A program made the position numbers and the translations under genes. Shown piece after piece: positions 48,912-59,800 of a stretch of 64,000 nucleotides of DNA. A model generated the notes under the pieces. That model was not told the origin of the DNA and made no database searches. It saw only the letters and a program-made list of their open reading frames with translations. This DNA comes from an uncultured bacterium. GTDB lineage: Bacteria > CSSED10-310 > CAZUFC01. Location of the stretch: positions 20,111 to 84,110 of the forward strand of contig CAZUFC010000018.1 of the NCBI GenBank assembly GCA_964619725.1, written 5' to 3'. The first letter of the stretch is position 1. Every line of letters starts with the position of its first letter.

Positions 48912-50756
48912 TTAATCCGAGAAATTCTCCCTATAGATGGAAAATTCTATCCAATCGGAAGCGGGTCCGAGTCTGTTTTTGTACATGGCGTGAATTTTCA
49001 GTTTATAGTCGCCTTCCGGGAGAGTTTTCCACAATTTTTTATCAATTTTCAATTCAAGAGCGGAAAATTCATCATAGGAAGCGGTCTGACCGTCGGGGAA
49101 GACGAAGGTAAGGCGGTATCCGTCGGCGCCTTTGACTTCTGCCCATCGGAAGTAGATGGGATCGCTTCCCAGAATCTGATTTTTTTGTGGCGAGAATACA
49201 ACGGGACTTTCTTTTGGCGGTCCGTATGAAGCCGCTAGTTTATCCTGTTGAAATTCATGCCTGACGGCTGCCAGTGATCCGAAGGCTGAAACGGCGATAA
49301 GGAGCGAGAGGATGATATATGTCGTGCGGACGAGTCTGCCGGCATTTTGAGTATTCAATTTTTCTTTTACGAGCGATCGGCCATAGATGAAAAAGGCGGC
49401 CCAGCATCCCAGCGCTGCAGCCAGGGCTGTAGTCCAATAGGTGGAGGGTTTAACGATAGAGTAACCGGGAAGCAGGTAGTTAAGTATTTGGAGGGAGGGA
49501 ACGGACTGGAACATGCGATTAATGCCGTTGGCGCGGCTGAACAGGCGATAGGGATTGTCCATCCAGAGGATATTTTCAGCCATTCCGGCGAGGAAGAGTG
49601 GGATGAAGAGGAACAATGTGCGTTTCCGGTATTTGTGATCGAGCAGTCGGACGAAGGGAAGGGCCAGCAGGGGGAGCGCCGGCGCCAGGTACCTGGCGGG
49701 AGGGCACCAGCCGGCCCACCATATCGGTCGGGTAGAAGTGATGAAAAAATAGGGAACGATCATGGCAGTCCAGATTATTCCCATTTTTTTCTTTCCTTTG
49801 AACAATAGCGGGATGCCGAGGAGCATCAGCAGCAGATGCGGCGCGACTGCCGGGAAACCGAAAGCTCTATCCAGCAATATCCCGAAAACGCCTTTCAATG
49901 CCGCCGGCGTCAGGCTGGAGGAATCCGCATATATCAGGGCATGGAGGGGATGACCGAAGAGTTGTGTTTGATGAATGCAAAAGAGAACGGCCGACAGGAC
50001 TGGAATGATGAGAAAAAGAGCGTAAAATTTAACGGAACGACAAGTGAGCAGGTAAATCACCGCAATTATGAAACTCATCATCGCCAACCGGAAATGCAGC
50101 CAGGGAAAAACAGACACGATAAGTCCCAGTATCACGGCAGTTCCAGGTTTTCGAGGATCACGAAAAACCAGCCGGTCAAACGCTATGATAAACAATAACG
50201 CCCCGGGAACTTCGGGATAAATCAGACTCGAATAAACCAGTATCGGTCCTGTGAAAATAAAAGTCAGCGTTATTAATATGGAATTGACGAAGTGATGCGT
50301 CGCTTTGCGGCTCAATTGAAAAATCTTGTAGATCAGAACTGCCGTCAGGATATTTAGGAAAAGCAGACAGCAATTGCGGCCGCATAGAATATAAAAAGGA
50401 AGAATCAAAACCGGCAGGCCGGGATTGTGAAAGGAGTATATTTTTCCGTCAGCGCTTCCGAAATCCCTGTGAGGTTCCAGATGCTCCGGCGTATATCGTT
50501 TGTAATCTTCGTTAATGTAATTGTTCGCCAGGTCCAGATCGCCGTCTTTCCACAAGCTGTGCGCGATCAGAAGATAATGAGGTTCATCCCCTGTCAGCAA
50601 TATTTTCCTGCTGATGATCGCCTGTGAAATGAAGGCAAAGATGAAGAAGGAAAAAATCGCTAACGCGAGGGGAACAAATTTTTCCGTTTTACCTGGAAAT
50701 CTCGTTGAATCGTTTGCAGGCTGCTCATTTTCCGAACTGATGTGCTGTGAATTCAT
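48912..50756 (-). CDS. GT-C superfamily (PMT/ArnT-like) integral membrane glycosyltransferase
   Basis: First-loop GDEPHY, PGLPVLILPFY, YPEVPG, WWAGWCPPARYL; many TM helices; C-terminal Ig-like domain. Confidence 0.7.
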   Translation of the reverse strand: MNSQHISSENEQPANDSTRFPGKTEKFVPLALAIFSFFIFAFISQAIISRKILLTGDEPHYLLIAHSLWKDGDLDLANNYINEDYKRYTPEHLEPHRDFGSADGKIYSFHNPGLPVLILPFYILCGRNCCLLFLNILTAVLIYKIFQLSRKATHHFVNSILITLTFIFTGPILVYSSLIYPEVPGALLFIIAFDRLVFRDPRKPGTAVILGLIVSVFPWLHFRLAMMSFIIAVIYLLTCRSVKFYALFLIIPVLSAVLFCIHQTQLFGHPLHALIYADSSSLTPAALKGVFGILLDRAFGFPAVAPHLLLMLLGIPLLFKGKKKMGIIWTAMIVPYFFITSTRPIWWAGWCPPARYLAPALPLLALPFVRLLDHKYRKRTLFLFIPLFLAGMAENILWMDNPYRLFSRANGINRMFQSVPSLQILNYLLPGYSIVKPSTYWTTALAAALGCWAAFFIYGRSLVKEKLNTQNAGRLVRTTYIILSLLIAVSAFGSLAAVRHEFQQDKLAASYGPPKESPVVFSPQKNQILGSDPIYFRWAEVKGADGYRLTFVFPDGQTASYDEFSALELKIDKKLWKTLPEGDYKLKIHAMYKNRLGPASDWIEFSIYRENFSD

Positions 50757-50769
50757 GTTAAGAATCCTG

Positions 50770-51486
50770 TTATACGGAAGGGTCTTCGGTTGTGATTTGC
50801 TCTTTATACTCTTTCAGCATCATTCTGGTTTCATGATGAGCGGCTCTCACCGGTTCCGTCAACCTGTATTTCGTGCATAATTGTAAAACTATTTTAACGG
50901 CCTCTTTCAAAGTTATTCTGTAGCCCTGCGAAACGAACACAGGCTTGACTCCCGTGCGAGTTCTGACGACCGCTCCGATAATTTTTCCTTCATGGGTCAG
51001 ATATTCGAAGGAACCTTTTTCCTGTCCCGGTTCTTCATATTCTCCGATAAGGCGGCTTTTTGCGCAACCGATGGAGGGCCTGTCGAGAAGAATGCCCAGG
51101 TGCGCCGCCAGGCCCATGCGGCGAGGATGGGCGATTCCCTGTCCGTCGAAAACGATCAGGTCGGGTTTTTGTTTAATTTTGCGCCAGGTTTGCATGAATA
51201 CCGGTCCTTCACGAAAAGTCAGCAATCCCGGTATGTAAGGATATGTAAGCTTGCGTCTGCTGCGGAACACATTTTTCGTTTTTAATTCGGGATAATCAAA
51301 GACAGCTATTGCGCAGAATGACGTTTTCAGCCTGGCGGAGATTCCCACATCAGCGCCGGCGACGGTTTTTATCGTTCCGGATAAAGGTTCCTCTGTCCAT
51401 CTGTCATGGAGGGAGTCCTGTATTTTGACTGCGGTTTTGTAGTCGACATTCCAGGGATGAGTGATATTGTCGCTGTTTTGATTCAT
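50770..51486 (-). CDS. nfi: Endonuclease V (deoxyinosine 3' endonuclease)
   Basis: VAGADV, PYIPGLLTFRE, DGQGIAHPRRMGLA.H, IGCAKS, PVFVS.G, YRLTEP.R.AH. Confidence 0.96.
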   Translation of the reverse strand: MNQNSDNITHPWNVDYKTAVKIQDSLHDRWTEEPLSGTIKTVAGADVGISARLKTSFCAIAVFDYPELKTKNVFRSRRKLTYPYIPGLLTFREGPVFMQTWRKIKQKPDLIVFDGQGIAHPRRMGLAAHLGILLDRPSIGCAKSRLIGEYEEPGQEKGSFEYLTHEGKIIGAVVRTRTGVKPVFVSQGYRITLKEAVKIVLQLCTKYRLTEPVRAAHHETRMMLKEYKEQITTEDPSV

Positions 51487-52823
51487 CGCTCCAGTATATC
51501 CAGAATTTCGCCCACCAGATAAAGTGAACCGGTCGCCAAAATTACGCCTGATTGTTGATGTTTGTCTAAAACATAATGGAGGGTTTCTTCAACATTTCGA
51601 TGGATTCTTGTTCGTTCCTTTAATTTTTCAGGTACAGCTTCAGCGAAAAGTTTGCGGGGATCGATGCTTTTCGGGTTGTTGAAGCGCGTGAGATGAAGAG
51701 AGCGAATGCCCGGAGCCAGAATATCGAGCATACCGGCTGCGTTTTTATTCCAGGAAGCTCCGAAAATAAGATTCATGAGTTTGTTCGGATATATTTCACG
51801 GAAGGTATCCATCACGGCCTGCACGGAAGCGGGATTGTGTGCGCCGTCGAGAATCAGAGGCGTTTCTGAATCTTTAAGTTTTATGATCTGGAACCGGGCT
51901 TTCCATTTTGTGTTTTCAATGCCTTCAACGACGGCATCGAAATCAGGTTTCAACAAACGAAGACGGGCGGCTTCCTCGATTGCCGAAATGGCAGCCAAAG
52001 CATTGTTTATTTGAAAACGCCCGCACAAGGGCAGACAAACTCTTTTTTTAAAGGCATCGCTTTTTCTTTCCAGGGTGAAATGAACGCCCTGTTCGCTTGA
52101 ATCGACATCAGAAAAGGACCATTCCTTTTCGACTTCGATCAGGGAAGCGTTCAAGCGTCGAGCCGTATTGACGATGATTTTTCGCGCTGCATGAGGCTGT
52201 TCCGGCATGACGACCGATTGACCCTGTTTGATAATACCTGCTTTTTCCGCAGCGATTTCCTCAATGGATGAACCCAGGCTTTCCGTATGGTCCAATCCTA
52301 TCAGGGTTATAATTGAAACAGGCGCCCGGCACAGGCGCGTGGCATCAAGTCTTCCGCCCATGCCCACTTCAAATATCCCGAAATCGGTATTTTGCTCCTT
52401 GAAATGAAGAAAGGCCGTCGCGGTCAGTATCTCGAAAAAAGTCCGAAATTTTTGCGGCGGTTTTTTTTTATCGTTTTCAAAAGCGATTTTTATTTTATCG
52501 ATGATGCCGGCGAAGCTCTTTTCGGGAATCCAGTCGCCGTCAATCGTAATTCTTTCCCTGATATTCTGCAGGTGGGGTGAAGTATAAAAACCGCATTTAT
52601 ATCCCAGAGCATTTAACGCTGAAGCCAGAAACGCTCCCGTGCTTCCCTTGCCTTTGGTTCCGGCGATGTGGAAAGCCTTGATGCTATGATGGGGAGAGCC
52701 GAGTGATGTCATCAGGCGTTGGAAAGAGGAGAGATCATAATTATCGGGATCATAAGAAACGGCCGGTTTTTTTTCATAATTAATAAAGGTATTCAAATAG
52801 TTCAGAGAATCTTTATAATTCAC
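51483..52823 (-). CDS. folC: Bifunctional folylpolyglutamate synthase/dihydrofolate synthase
   Basis: HIAGTKGKGST, YTSPHL…RERI, EVGMGGRLDAT, IGLDH, EKAGIIK, LDGAHNP, TGSLYLVGE. Confidence 0.96.
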   Translation of the reverse strand: MNYKDSLNYLNTFINYEKKPAVSYDPDNYDLSSFQRLMTSLGSPHHSIKAFHIAGTKGKGSTGAFLASALNALGYKCGFYTSPHLQNIRERITIDGDWIPEKSFAGIIDKIKIAFENDKKKPPQKFRTFFEILTATAFLHFKEQNTDFGIFEVGMGGRLDATRLCRAPVSIITLIGLDHTESLGSSIEEIAAEKAGIIKQGQSVVMPEQPHAARKIIVNTARRLNASLIEVEKEWSFSDVDSSEQGVHFTLERKSDAFKKRVCLPLCGRFQINNALAAISAIEEAARLRLLKPDFDAVVEGIENTKWKARFQIIKLKDSETPLILDGAHNPASVQAVMDTFREIYPNKLMNLIFGASWNKNAAGMLDILAPGIRSLHLTRFNNPKSIDPRKLFAEAVPEKLKERTRIHRNVEETLHYVLDKHQQSGVILATGSLYLVGEILDILER

Positions 52824-53039
52824 TGCCGTGACCTTTTAAGCAGCCGTGGGAGGCGTTTTTCCATCGAAAATATTATGTGATTCAATTCGAAAGCGGCAGG
52901 TCTCCGGTGATGATCAGAGGGGAGTAACATCGACCAAATGGCCTCATTGGAAAAGAATCGCTGCGCCACCCTTCGCAAAACAAAAAACACAGGATTACGA
53001 TTGGAGGCGCAACGATTGTTGTTCAGGGCTTCGGCCGTA

Positions 53040-54563
53040 TCAGTCGCCGAATGTAATGCCCTGTGCGAGCGGCAATTCTTTGGACCAGTTGATGGTGTTG
53101 GTTTGTCGCCGCATATATCCTTTCCAGGCGTCGGAACCGGACTCGCGTCCTCCGCCGGTTTCTTTTTCGCCGCCGAAAGCGCCGCCGATTTCAGCTCCGG
53201 ATGTGCCGATATTGACGTTGGCGATGCCGCAGTCAGAGCCTGTCACAGACAGAAAGGCTTCAGCCTGCCTTACGCTGTCCGTAAATATGGCGCTGGATAA
53301 TCCCTGCGGAACATCGTTGTGAATCCTTATGGCTTCATCCAATGAATCGAATTCCAATATGTAAAGAATGGGCGCGAAAGTTTCTTCTCTGACGATCTCT
53401 GTTTGAGCCGGCATTTTTACGATGGTTGGTTCGACGAATTGGGCTCCCTTGTCAGGCAGTCTTGCGCCGCCGGCCACGATTTCTCCGCCCTGCTGTTTGG
53501 CTTTTTCAAGCGCATCCATCATTTCATCGACGGCGGATTCGGTTACCAGCGGTCCCATCAGGGTCGAGCCGTCAAGCGGATCGCCTATGGGGACCTGCTT
53601 GTATGCCTTGACGAGACGATCGACCAATTCTCCGGCAATGCTCTTGTGCACTATGATTCGTCTGGTGGTGGTGCAGCGTTGACCTGCCGTTCCTACCGCA
53701 CCGAATAATATGGCTCGCACGGTCATCTCAAGATCGGCGTTGTCCGTTACGATTATGGCGTTGTTGCCGCCCAGTTCAAGTATCGTGCGGCCGAAACGTT
53801 GGGCGGTCAATGACGCTACATGACGTCCTACTTTGGTGGAACCGGTAAATGATATCAACGGCAAACGTTCGTCATTCAAAAACAGATCGCCGATGTCAGA
53901 ACCCTTGCCCGTTATTACGTTGAATACTCCTTTTACGCCGTGATCAGACATCACGCTATTGGCGATGTTCTGAATCGCTATGCCGCATAAAGGCGTCTGC
54001 TTCGAAGGTTTCCATAAAACCGTGTCTCCGCAGACTGCAGCTATGGCAGCGTTCCACGACCATACCGCCACGGGAAAATTGAACGCCGTGATGACTCCTA
54101 CGACTCCCAGAGGATGCCATTGCTCATACATACGATGATGCGGTCGCTCCGACTGCATCGTTAATCCATACAACTGACGGGATAAGCCGACCGCAAAATC
54201 GCATATGTCGATCATCTCCTGCACCTCTCCGTGACCCTCTGCCCGGATTTTACCCATCTCCAGACTCACCAGGTCCCCCAAAGGCTCCTTGTACTCCCTC
54301 AGCGCATTTCCTAAATCACGTACAAGCTCGCCGCGCTTCGGTCCAGGAATTTCCCTCCAGGTCTTGAACGCCTCCTGCGCCCCGCCTGCAGTTTTTTCAT
54401 ATACTTCCTCAGTCACCTGTACCACCGACGCTATCGGTTCCCCCGTCGTCGGATTATATGAAACCAGCTCCTTGCCCTTCGGGTCCTTTATCCATTCGTC
54501 AGGACCCAGGCACGCACCGGGATTGACCTCTTTGATGCCTAATTTACTCAATAAAGCTTTCAT
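53040..54563 (-). CDS. amaB: Aldehyde dehydrogenase family 7 (piperideine-6-carboxylate / alpha-aminoadipate semialdehyde dehydrogenase-like)
   Basis: GEVQEMIDICDFAVGLSRQLYG, AFNFPVAVWSWN, LELGGNNA, GTAGQRCT, SDCGIANVNIGTSGAEIGGAFGGEKETGGGRESGSDAWK. Confidence 0.92.
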   Translation of the reverse strand: MKALLSKLGIKEVNPGACLGPDEWIKDPKGKELVSYNPTTGEPIASVVQVTEEVYEKTAGGAQEAFKTWREIPGPKRGELVRDLGNALREYKEPLGDLVSLEMGKIRAEGHGEVQEMIDICDFAVGLSRQLYGLTMQSERPHHRMYEQWHPLGVVGVITAFNFPVAVWSWNAAIAAVCGDTVLWKPSKQTPLCGIAIQNIANSVMSDHGVKGVFNVITGKGSDIGDLFLNDERLPLISFTGSTKVGRHVASLTAQRFGRTILELGGNNAIIVTDNADLEMTVRAILFGAVGTAGQRCTTTRRIIVHKSIAGELVDRLVKAYKQVPIGDPLDGSTLMGPLVTESAVDEMMDALEKAKQQGGEIVAGGARLPDKGAQFVEPTIVKMPAQTEIVREETFAPILYILEFDSLDEAIRIHNDVPQGLSSAIFTDSVRQAEAFLSVTGSDCGIANVNIGTSGAEIGGAFGGEKETGGGRESGSDAWKGYMRRQTNTINWSKELPLAQGITFGD

Positions 54564-54646
54564 CTTGTCACCTCACTAGCTTTTAAGGTCGTCAGCCAAT
54601 GCCTTAAACTCCTTTACCTTAAGGCGGTTGCTCCATTCCTCCGCAG

Positions 54647-54675
54647 AGACTACGGCGACCTTAACCCACTGTCAA
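54647..54675 (-). promoter_or_regulatory. Sigma70 promoter of the ALDH7 gene
   Basis: TTGACA (54675-54670), 17 bp, TAGTCT (54652-54647). Confidence 0.65.
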
Positions 54676-54750
54676 GAGAAATATCCGGGAATAATTCCTT
54701 CTTACATCAAAATAAATTTGATAAAAATCCAAAAAGCACTTATATCACTA

Positions 54751-54918
54751 TTGTGAAGGAAGTTCAGGGTAAAACCTGAGTGCAAAAAACAAGAAAGTCG
54801 ATCGCCTAGGGGAAGCGAACCCAACTCCCGACAAGGGTAGGATGACCATACTAAACACTGATGATTGAGCCCTAACCGAGTGGTCGAAAGATCGTCTTAA
54901 ACCGCTTCTGCGACACAA
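54751..54918 (+). ncRNA. Candidate structured RNA (multi-stem, possible pseudoknot) upstream of a receiver-domain gene
   Basis: Closing stems UUGUG/CACAA and GGAAGU/GCUUCU. Hairpins UCAGG-GUAAAA-CCUGA, UCGC-CUAGGGGAA-GCGA, CCC-GACAA-GGG and GGUC-GAAA-GAUC. Loop UAGGG is complementary to CCCUA at 54870-54874. Confidence 0.5.
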
Positions 54919-55023
54919 TCCTCTTTACGAATTCCGAACATTACATTTATCAGGATCGAACGAAAAAATTATACGAATTAAAGGCTTTCCTCCAAACTTT
55001 AATGCAAGCATGAGGAGGACGTC

Positions 55024-55404
55024 ATGACTAAAATTCTGATAACGGAGAGAAACAGCGAATTAAGAGGATACTATGAAGCTTCTTTAAAGGGTGAAAATTA
55101 CGAAATCATATCCGCCGGCGACGGTAAAACCGCTATTGATATGACGGGCAAGACCTTACCGGATGTCGTCGTTCTGGATACTCATCTGCCGGACATGGAC
55201 ATCAGAGATGTGATGAGTCGTCTTTTAAAGGAGCATCCGAATCTGCCCATAATACTGAACGCTGAAGATTATCTTTGTCAGTTGGATTTCATGAGCTGGT
55301 GCGCTCGCAGTTGTATACCGAAATCCAGAAACCTGACCGAATTGAAACGCCAGATAGAGAAAATAACGGCCGACCAGGACAGAATAGTCACGCATCATGC
55401 ATGA
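55024..55404 (+). CDS. Single-domain response regulator (receiver), atypical
   Basis: KILITE, AGDG..AI, PDVVVLDTHLPDMD (phospho-Asp), LPIIL, IPKS; GAGGAGG RBS. Confidence 0.85.
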   Translation: MTKILITERNSELRGYYEASLKGENYEIISAGDGKTAIDMTGKTLPDVVVLDTHLPDMDIRDVMSRLLKEHPNLPIILNAEDYLCQLDFMSWCARSCIPKSRNLTELKRQIEKITADQDRIVTHHA

Positions 55405-55408
55405 AGAG

Positions 55409-55481
55409 GGCCTTCGGCAGACAGTAACACAACGTTCCCAGCAGCGATAACGGTCTTATCGGTCATTGCGTTGCGAAGGCC
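55409..55481. terminator. Stem-loop between convergent genes
   Basis: ggccttcg…cgaaggcc enclosing cgataa-cggtc-ttatcg. Confidence 0.4.
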
Positions 55482-55500
55482 GATAAGGCTGTTCTTCAAA

Positions 55501-56037
55501 TCATTCCAGCCGTGAGTTTTTCAATCCGTCCATTATGTCCGCTTTCAAGAAACCGGAAGCCTTGATTCTGGTTCCCGGTCTTACGGCTTTTACGGCGTCT
55601 CCGTAGGACCGGCTGAACGTCAGTTTCATATCGCCGACTTCGGGGACGTTCAATTCGATATAGGGTGCTCCAAAGAAACCCTCTCCGGCTCTGATAGTTT
55701 TTCCACGAACGGAAGCGACAGCCCCCTTGAACGGTTTCCAAAAAATTTGTTTTTCATAATGATCAAGATCACCCTTAGGTCCGAAAAGCTTCCCCAATTC
55801 ATTCAGACTCACAGGTTGATTGAACCTCACTCGATCAAGCAATGCCTGGTAAATTCTGCCGTTGATACCGGAAAGTTCCTCTTCGGCCTTGCTCGATTCA
55901 AGCATTGCATCGATGCTTTTCAACAAGCCGATAGAAAAAAATAAACCGAATACCGCCAAAAAAACCAGGGCCTGAAAAGCTATTTTTTCTTCACCGAGTT
56001 TTTCTTTCAATACGACATTTTCTTCAGACGGATTCAT
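55501..56037 (-). CDS. Hypothetical membrane-anchored protein (possible OB-fold C-terminus)
   Basis: One N-terminal TM helix; ATGA-type overlap with the HAD gene. Confidence 0.6.
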   Translation of the reverse strand: MNPSEENVVLKEKLGEEKIAFQALVFLAVFGLFFSIGLLKSIDAMLESSKAEEELSGINGRIYQALLDRVRFNQPVSLNELGKLFGPKGDLDHYEKQIFWKPFKGAVASVRGKTIRAGEGFFGAPYIELNVPEVGDMKLTFSRSYGDAVKAVRPGTRIKASGFLKADIMDGLKNSRLE

Positions 56038-56723
56038 GCTTGCGCCTTATTTTGGAGAAAAGCATGCAATTCAGAGAAATGACTGATTATCCTGATCGGA
56101 TTCGGGGGATTCGTCTGGTTATATTCCCTGGCGAACTTCAGGGCCGGAGGTTTAGGATTGATGAGAACGGGAACGCCCGCCGCTTTCAATGCCGGTATGT
56201 CGTTTTCGTGGTCCCCGACATAAAGCGTCTCCGTAAAGCTGATGCCGTATTCATCCAGTTTGTTTTTCAAAATTTTGTCTTTTTCCCACAAGGGAACCCT
56301 GTTTTCCATCCGGCCTGTGAATATGCCGCCTTTCAATTCTAAATAGTTACCGGCTTCAAAAGTAAGCCCCAGGTCCCGCATGATAAATTCTGAAATAAGC
56401 TGCAGCCCGCTGGAAATAATACCTGTGATGAAATGGGAATCTAACTTTTGAAAAAAATGCCGTACGCCCGGCGAATAAGGCGGCTTTCCCGCGGGCAGCA
56501 TAACAGGTTCCGCATCCTTCCAGGCAGCTCCCTTCAGCAGCATGGCGTTATGACTTATCCATTCATGATACAGTTCCGGTCGTCCGTAATATTTATCCAG
56601 GGCCGCATCCCATTTTTCAATATCGCATAGGGTATGCCCCAGGGCATCCCAGGAGGAATGAAAATTACCCGTTTCATAGCGAACAATAGTACCATCCATA
56701 TCGAAAACAAGAGCTCGAATCAT
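56034..56723 (-). CDS. HAD-family phosphatase (phosphoserine phosphatase-like)
   Basis: VFDMDGTI, IISSG, K, YVGDHENDI. Confidence 0.88.
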   Translation of the reverse strand: MIRALVFDMDGTIVRYETGNFHSSWDALGHTLCDIEKWDAALDKYYGRPELYHEWISHNAMLLKGAAWKDAEPVMLPAGKPPYSPGVRHFFQKLDSHFITGIISSGLQLISEFIMRDLGLTFEAGNYLELKGGIFTGRMENRVPLWEKDKILKNKLDEYGISFTETLYVGDHENDIPALKAAGVPVLINPKPPALKFAREYNQTNPPNPIRIISHFSELHAFLQNKAQA

Positions 56724-56892
56724 CTCTTCATCCCTTTGAAAGTCTCAGGGAAGCCCCCTTTCATTTGAAATAGTATCAACAAAAGGGAAATAGGTCCAGA
56801 AAGAATGACGAATTCCAAGTCTCGCCATGAAGCAGGCCGACATCAAAAACTGCAGCATGCAGATCAAATATGTTCAGGCCGGGAATTGAGGA

Positions 56893-59800
56893 TCAGCGTA
56901 CCTGCCAGTATGGCCATATGTTGCTGTGGAGGCCTGAATAATCGGTGGCTCTGACTTCCAGCATGTAGTAACCCCGGGGAACGCCGGGACCAACGTCCAG
57001 TTCCAGGCCGAAAATGTTTTCGCCCAGGTGATCGAATTCCATGCCTGTTTCAACGCCTCCCACGAGCAGTTCGACTGTTTCGACATCCAATATGCTGTCC
57101 TGATCTTCAACCAGGACGTACAAGGCAATATGCCCGCCGTTTTCTTCCGTCACGGTCGTTTCATAGTAAGCTCCGATGGGTATTACGGGGGCCTGACCAT
57201 AGGAAGAAGCGGAGTAAAAATCGTAAGCTCCGGCGGAGTAATCCGCATTGGCATGGAGGAAAGGCAGGAAATTGTCAGAAGCCCCATATCCGTCGCTGCT
57301 TCCGACATTCAAGAACGGCCATATTTCGCTTTCATCTCCGCGGGCGTTAAAAGCCTGGACGCCAAGAATGTAATTGCTCGGCGGCGTTCCAGGCGGCAGG
57401 TCCGCCCGAAAGGTATAAATGCCGTCATCAGCCTGGAAGTCCCCCTGCGTGCCGTCGTCTTTGAGTTGTAAAATGGGCATGGGAGCGACCATAGGATTGA
57501 GTTGAGTTCCTCCGTAAAGTAGGTCGACGCGGGAAATTTCATCGCCGGCGATCCATGCCTGAACGTTAAGATAACCGTAATTTCCTGATTCTAAAGGATT
57601 CTGTTCAATAGTCACGAATTCTACGACAGGTTTTTCATGCGTCCAGCCGCCTCCGAAACCTATCCTGAAAACATCGTTGTCTTCAACGTTGACGACGACT
57701 CTCTGAGTCAACGCGCAGGTGTGATCGCGGTCCATATCGTCAGCAAACACGAAATCGGCATCGTCGAATCTCACGAAAACAGCGCCGCCCGAAACGTTTC
57801 TAATACCGTAGAAATCTCCGGACTGGAGGCCGATATTTTCTAGGTTCTCTTTACCGTTGAACATATTTTCGAGAGTATTGGGAGCGAATCCGAATTCGAC
57901 GTTCATGTCGGCTATACCGTTAAGCTCGTATTCGGCCGTAATTTCATAACTTCCGTCAGGAAGCGAAATTTCCCGTCTGACAGAAAGGTCGCTGGAGTAG
58001 AACAAGATGCTGCCGGGTTTAAGAGAAACCAGATATTCGTCATTAACGTATTTTTCATCTCTGAATCCGCTGACGCGATTCAAAACAGGATCAGGGTCAA
58101 TGGAAATGTATTCATCGACCGCTTCGTCTTCGCTTCCCAGGTCCGGATGGTTGACAGAAGCGCCGATGACTTCGATGGCCAGTCCGTTTTTGTCTATCAT
58201 GTAAGCTTTAACGAGTCTTCCTCCGTCATTTTCAAAGATGAGGAAGAGTTTATCGTTATAGAGCAGATATTCGTTTTCTCCGTCCAGGTCGACGTCTCTT
58301 TCTTCTGCAGAAGTTACGGCGGTTCTATTGGAGGCTGCCCATTCCGCAGCTTCCACGATCATATTGACGTCTCTGATATGGTTGCATGCCGGCAGGACCC
58401 ATTCGACCAGGACTCCTTTGGCGTCGTCATCATCTTCGTCGCCTGTGAGGTCGCGGACAGTGTATTCGTCATGCCAGGCGGCCTCGTAAAGCATGGCCAT
58501 AAATGCGTATTCGGCAAGCATAAGCAGTCTTTCGTCGCCGTCGGAGGTGTTCAGGCGGTTCCAGGTTTCCGGAATGATCCCGGTATTCCAGGCTGTTTCC
58601 TGTCCGTCATTCCACTGCCACATACCGTTAAAAGTTTTGCCGTTGGGCAGGGGTATTTCAGGATAAGCGCCTTCTTCATCCGCGTCGTATTGCCATCCTT
58701 TAAGGGCCGGTACGGTATCCTTGAAGCTCCATTCCCAGGGGCTTCCCCAATACCAGTTCTGGTAACCGTCATCCCATTTGTCGTCCCTGGGATCGCTTTC
58801 GGGCTGGTCAGCCGGCGCAGAGCCTCCGTCCGCTGAATCCTGCAGCCAGGCATAAGAGACGATAGGAAGGGTATCTTCGAGCCAATACGGCGGCAAGGGA
58901 AGTCCATAATCGTCGGGCAGATAATCCGTCAGAGGCGGATCATAAACCGTGTTCCATTGATCGCCCGCTCCGTCTCCGTCAATATCGACGTTGCCTTTGA
59001 GTATGTCCGTCAGGGTGGTCATCAGAATCCATTGATGATTGGCTATCCAGCGGGTGACTATTTCATGACCGTCGGGATTGCGGGGCGACGGTTGCGCGCG
59101 ATACGGCTCCCCGGCGTAATCTTCCCAGTCTTCCATGCATAATATGACCTGCTCCTGATCGGGATCGAAAACTTTTTCCAGTAATTTCGCCCTCAAACCG
59201 ATCTGCAAAGAAGGTTCATAGCTGCAATCGTAAAACGTGGGATACATTGTTTCCGTTTTCCATTTCTGCGCATACCTGTCGATAAAAAATATCTTCATGC
59301 CCTGGTATTCGTGTATTTTGTGAACGTCGTCGTCCAGGTCGACCAGTTCTTCATCTCCGTAAACTTCATTGAAGCAGTGCTTGTATGCGAACCAGCGGTG
59401 ATGATGCGTAAATTCGTCCAGTACCACGGCTTCATAGTTATACCCGAACCTGTCGTTGGCCGCTAAAATGTCGTCGGTAAAATCGCCTCTGGCCGTGCGT
59501 TCCGGTATCCAGAAGACCGGCAGGTCAGAAGGCGGCACCTCATAAATCGTGTTGATCAGTTCCGTACCAAGAAAAATCGACCTCTGATTCACTTCGCCCC
59601 TGAAAAACGGCATCATGTGTTCGGCGAAGACTCCTCCGGTAAGCCTGACGAGGCCGTTTTCAATGCCGGCCTTTATACGTTCGTTAAAAGAAGGATCGGC
59701 CCATTGTGCGCCCAGCGAAAGGGTGCCTGACAGGTGGAGCTCGACGGGCATTCCCGTAATTTCGGCGGTTTCAAGCGCTCTGTAAAGTCCGACGCCCAGC

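Noticed and set aside
52824-53039. THF riboswitch upstream of folC
   Set aside because: No match to the consensus as I know it; only a stem (atcgctgcgccacc/ggaggcgcaacgat) that may terminate the ALDH transcript.
54564-54700. Lysine riboswitch upstream of ALDH7
   Set aside because: The leader after the predicted promoter is only about 75 nt and lacks the aptamer's conserved elements.
54858-54896. Hammerhead ribozyme (CUGAUGA…GAAA)
   Set aside because: The bases that must close stem II (U and C) do not pair, and the GAAA is better explained as a tetraloop of GGUC/GAUC.
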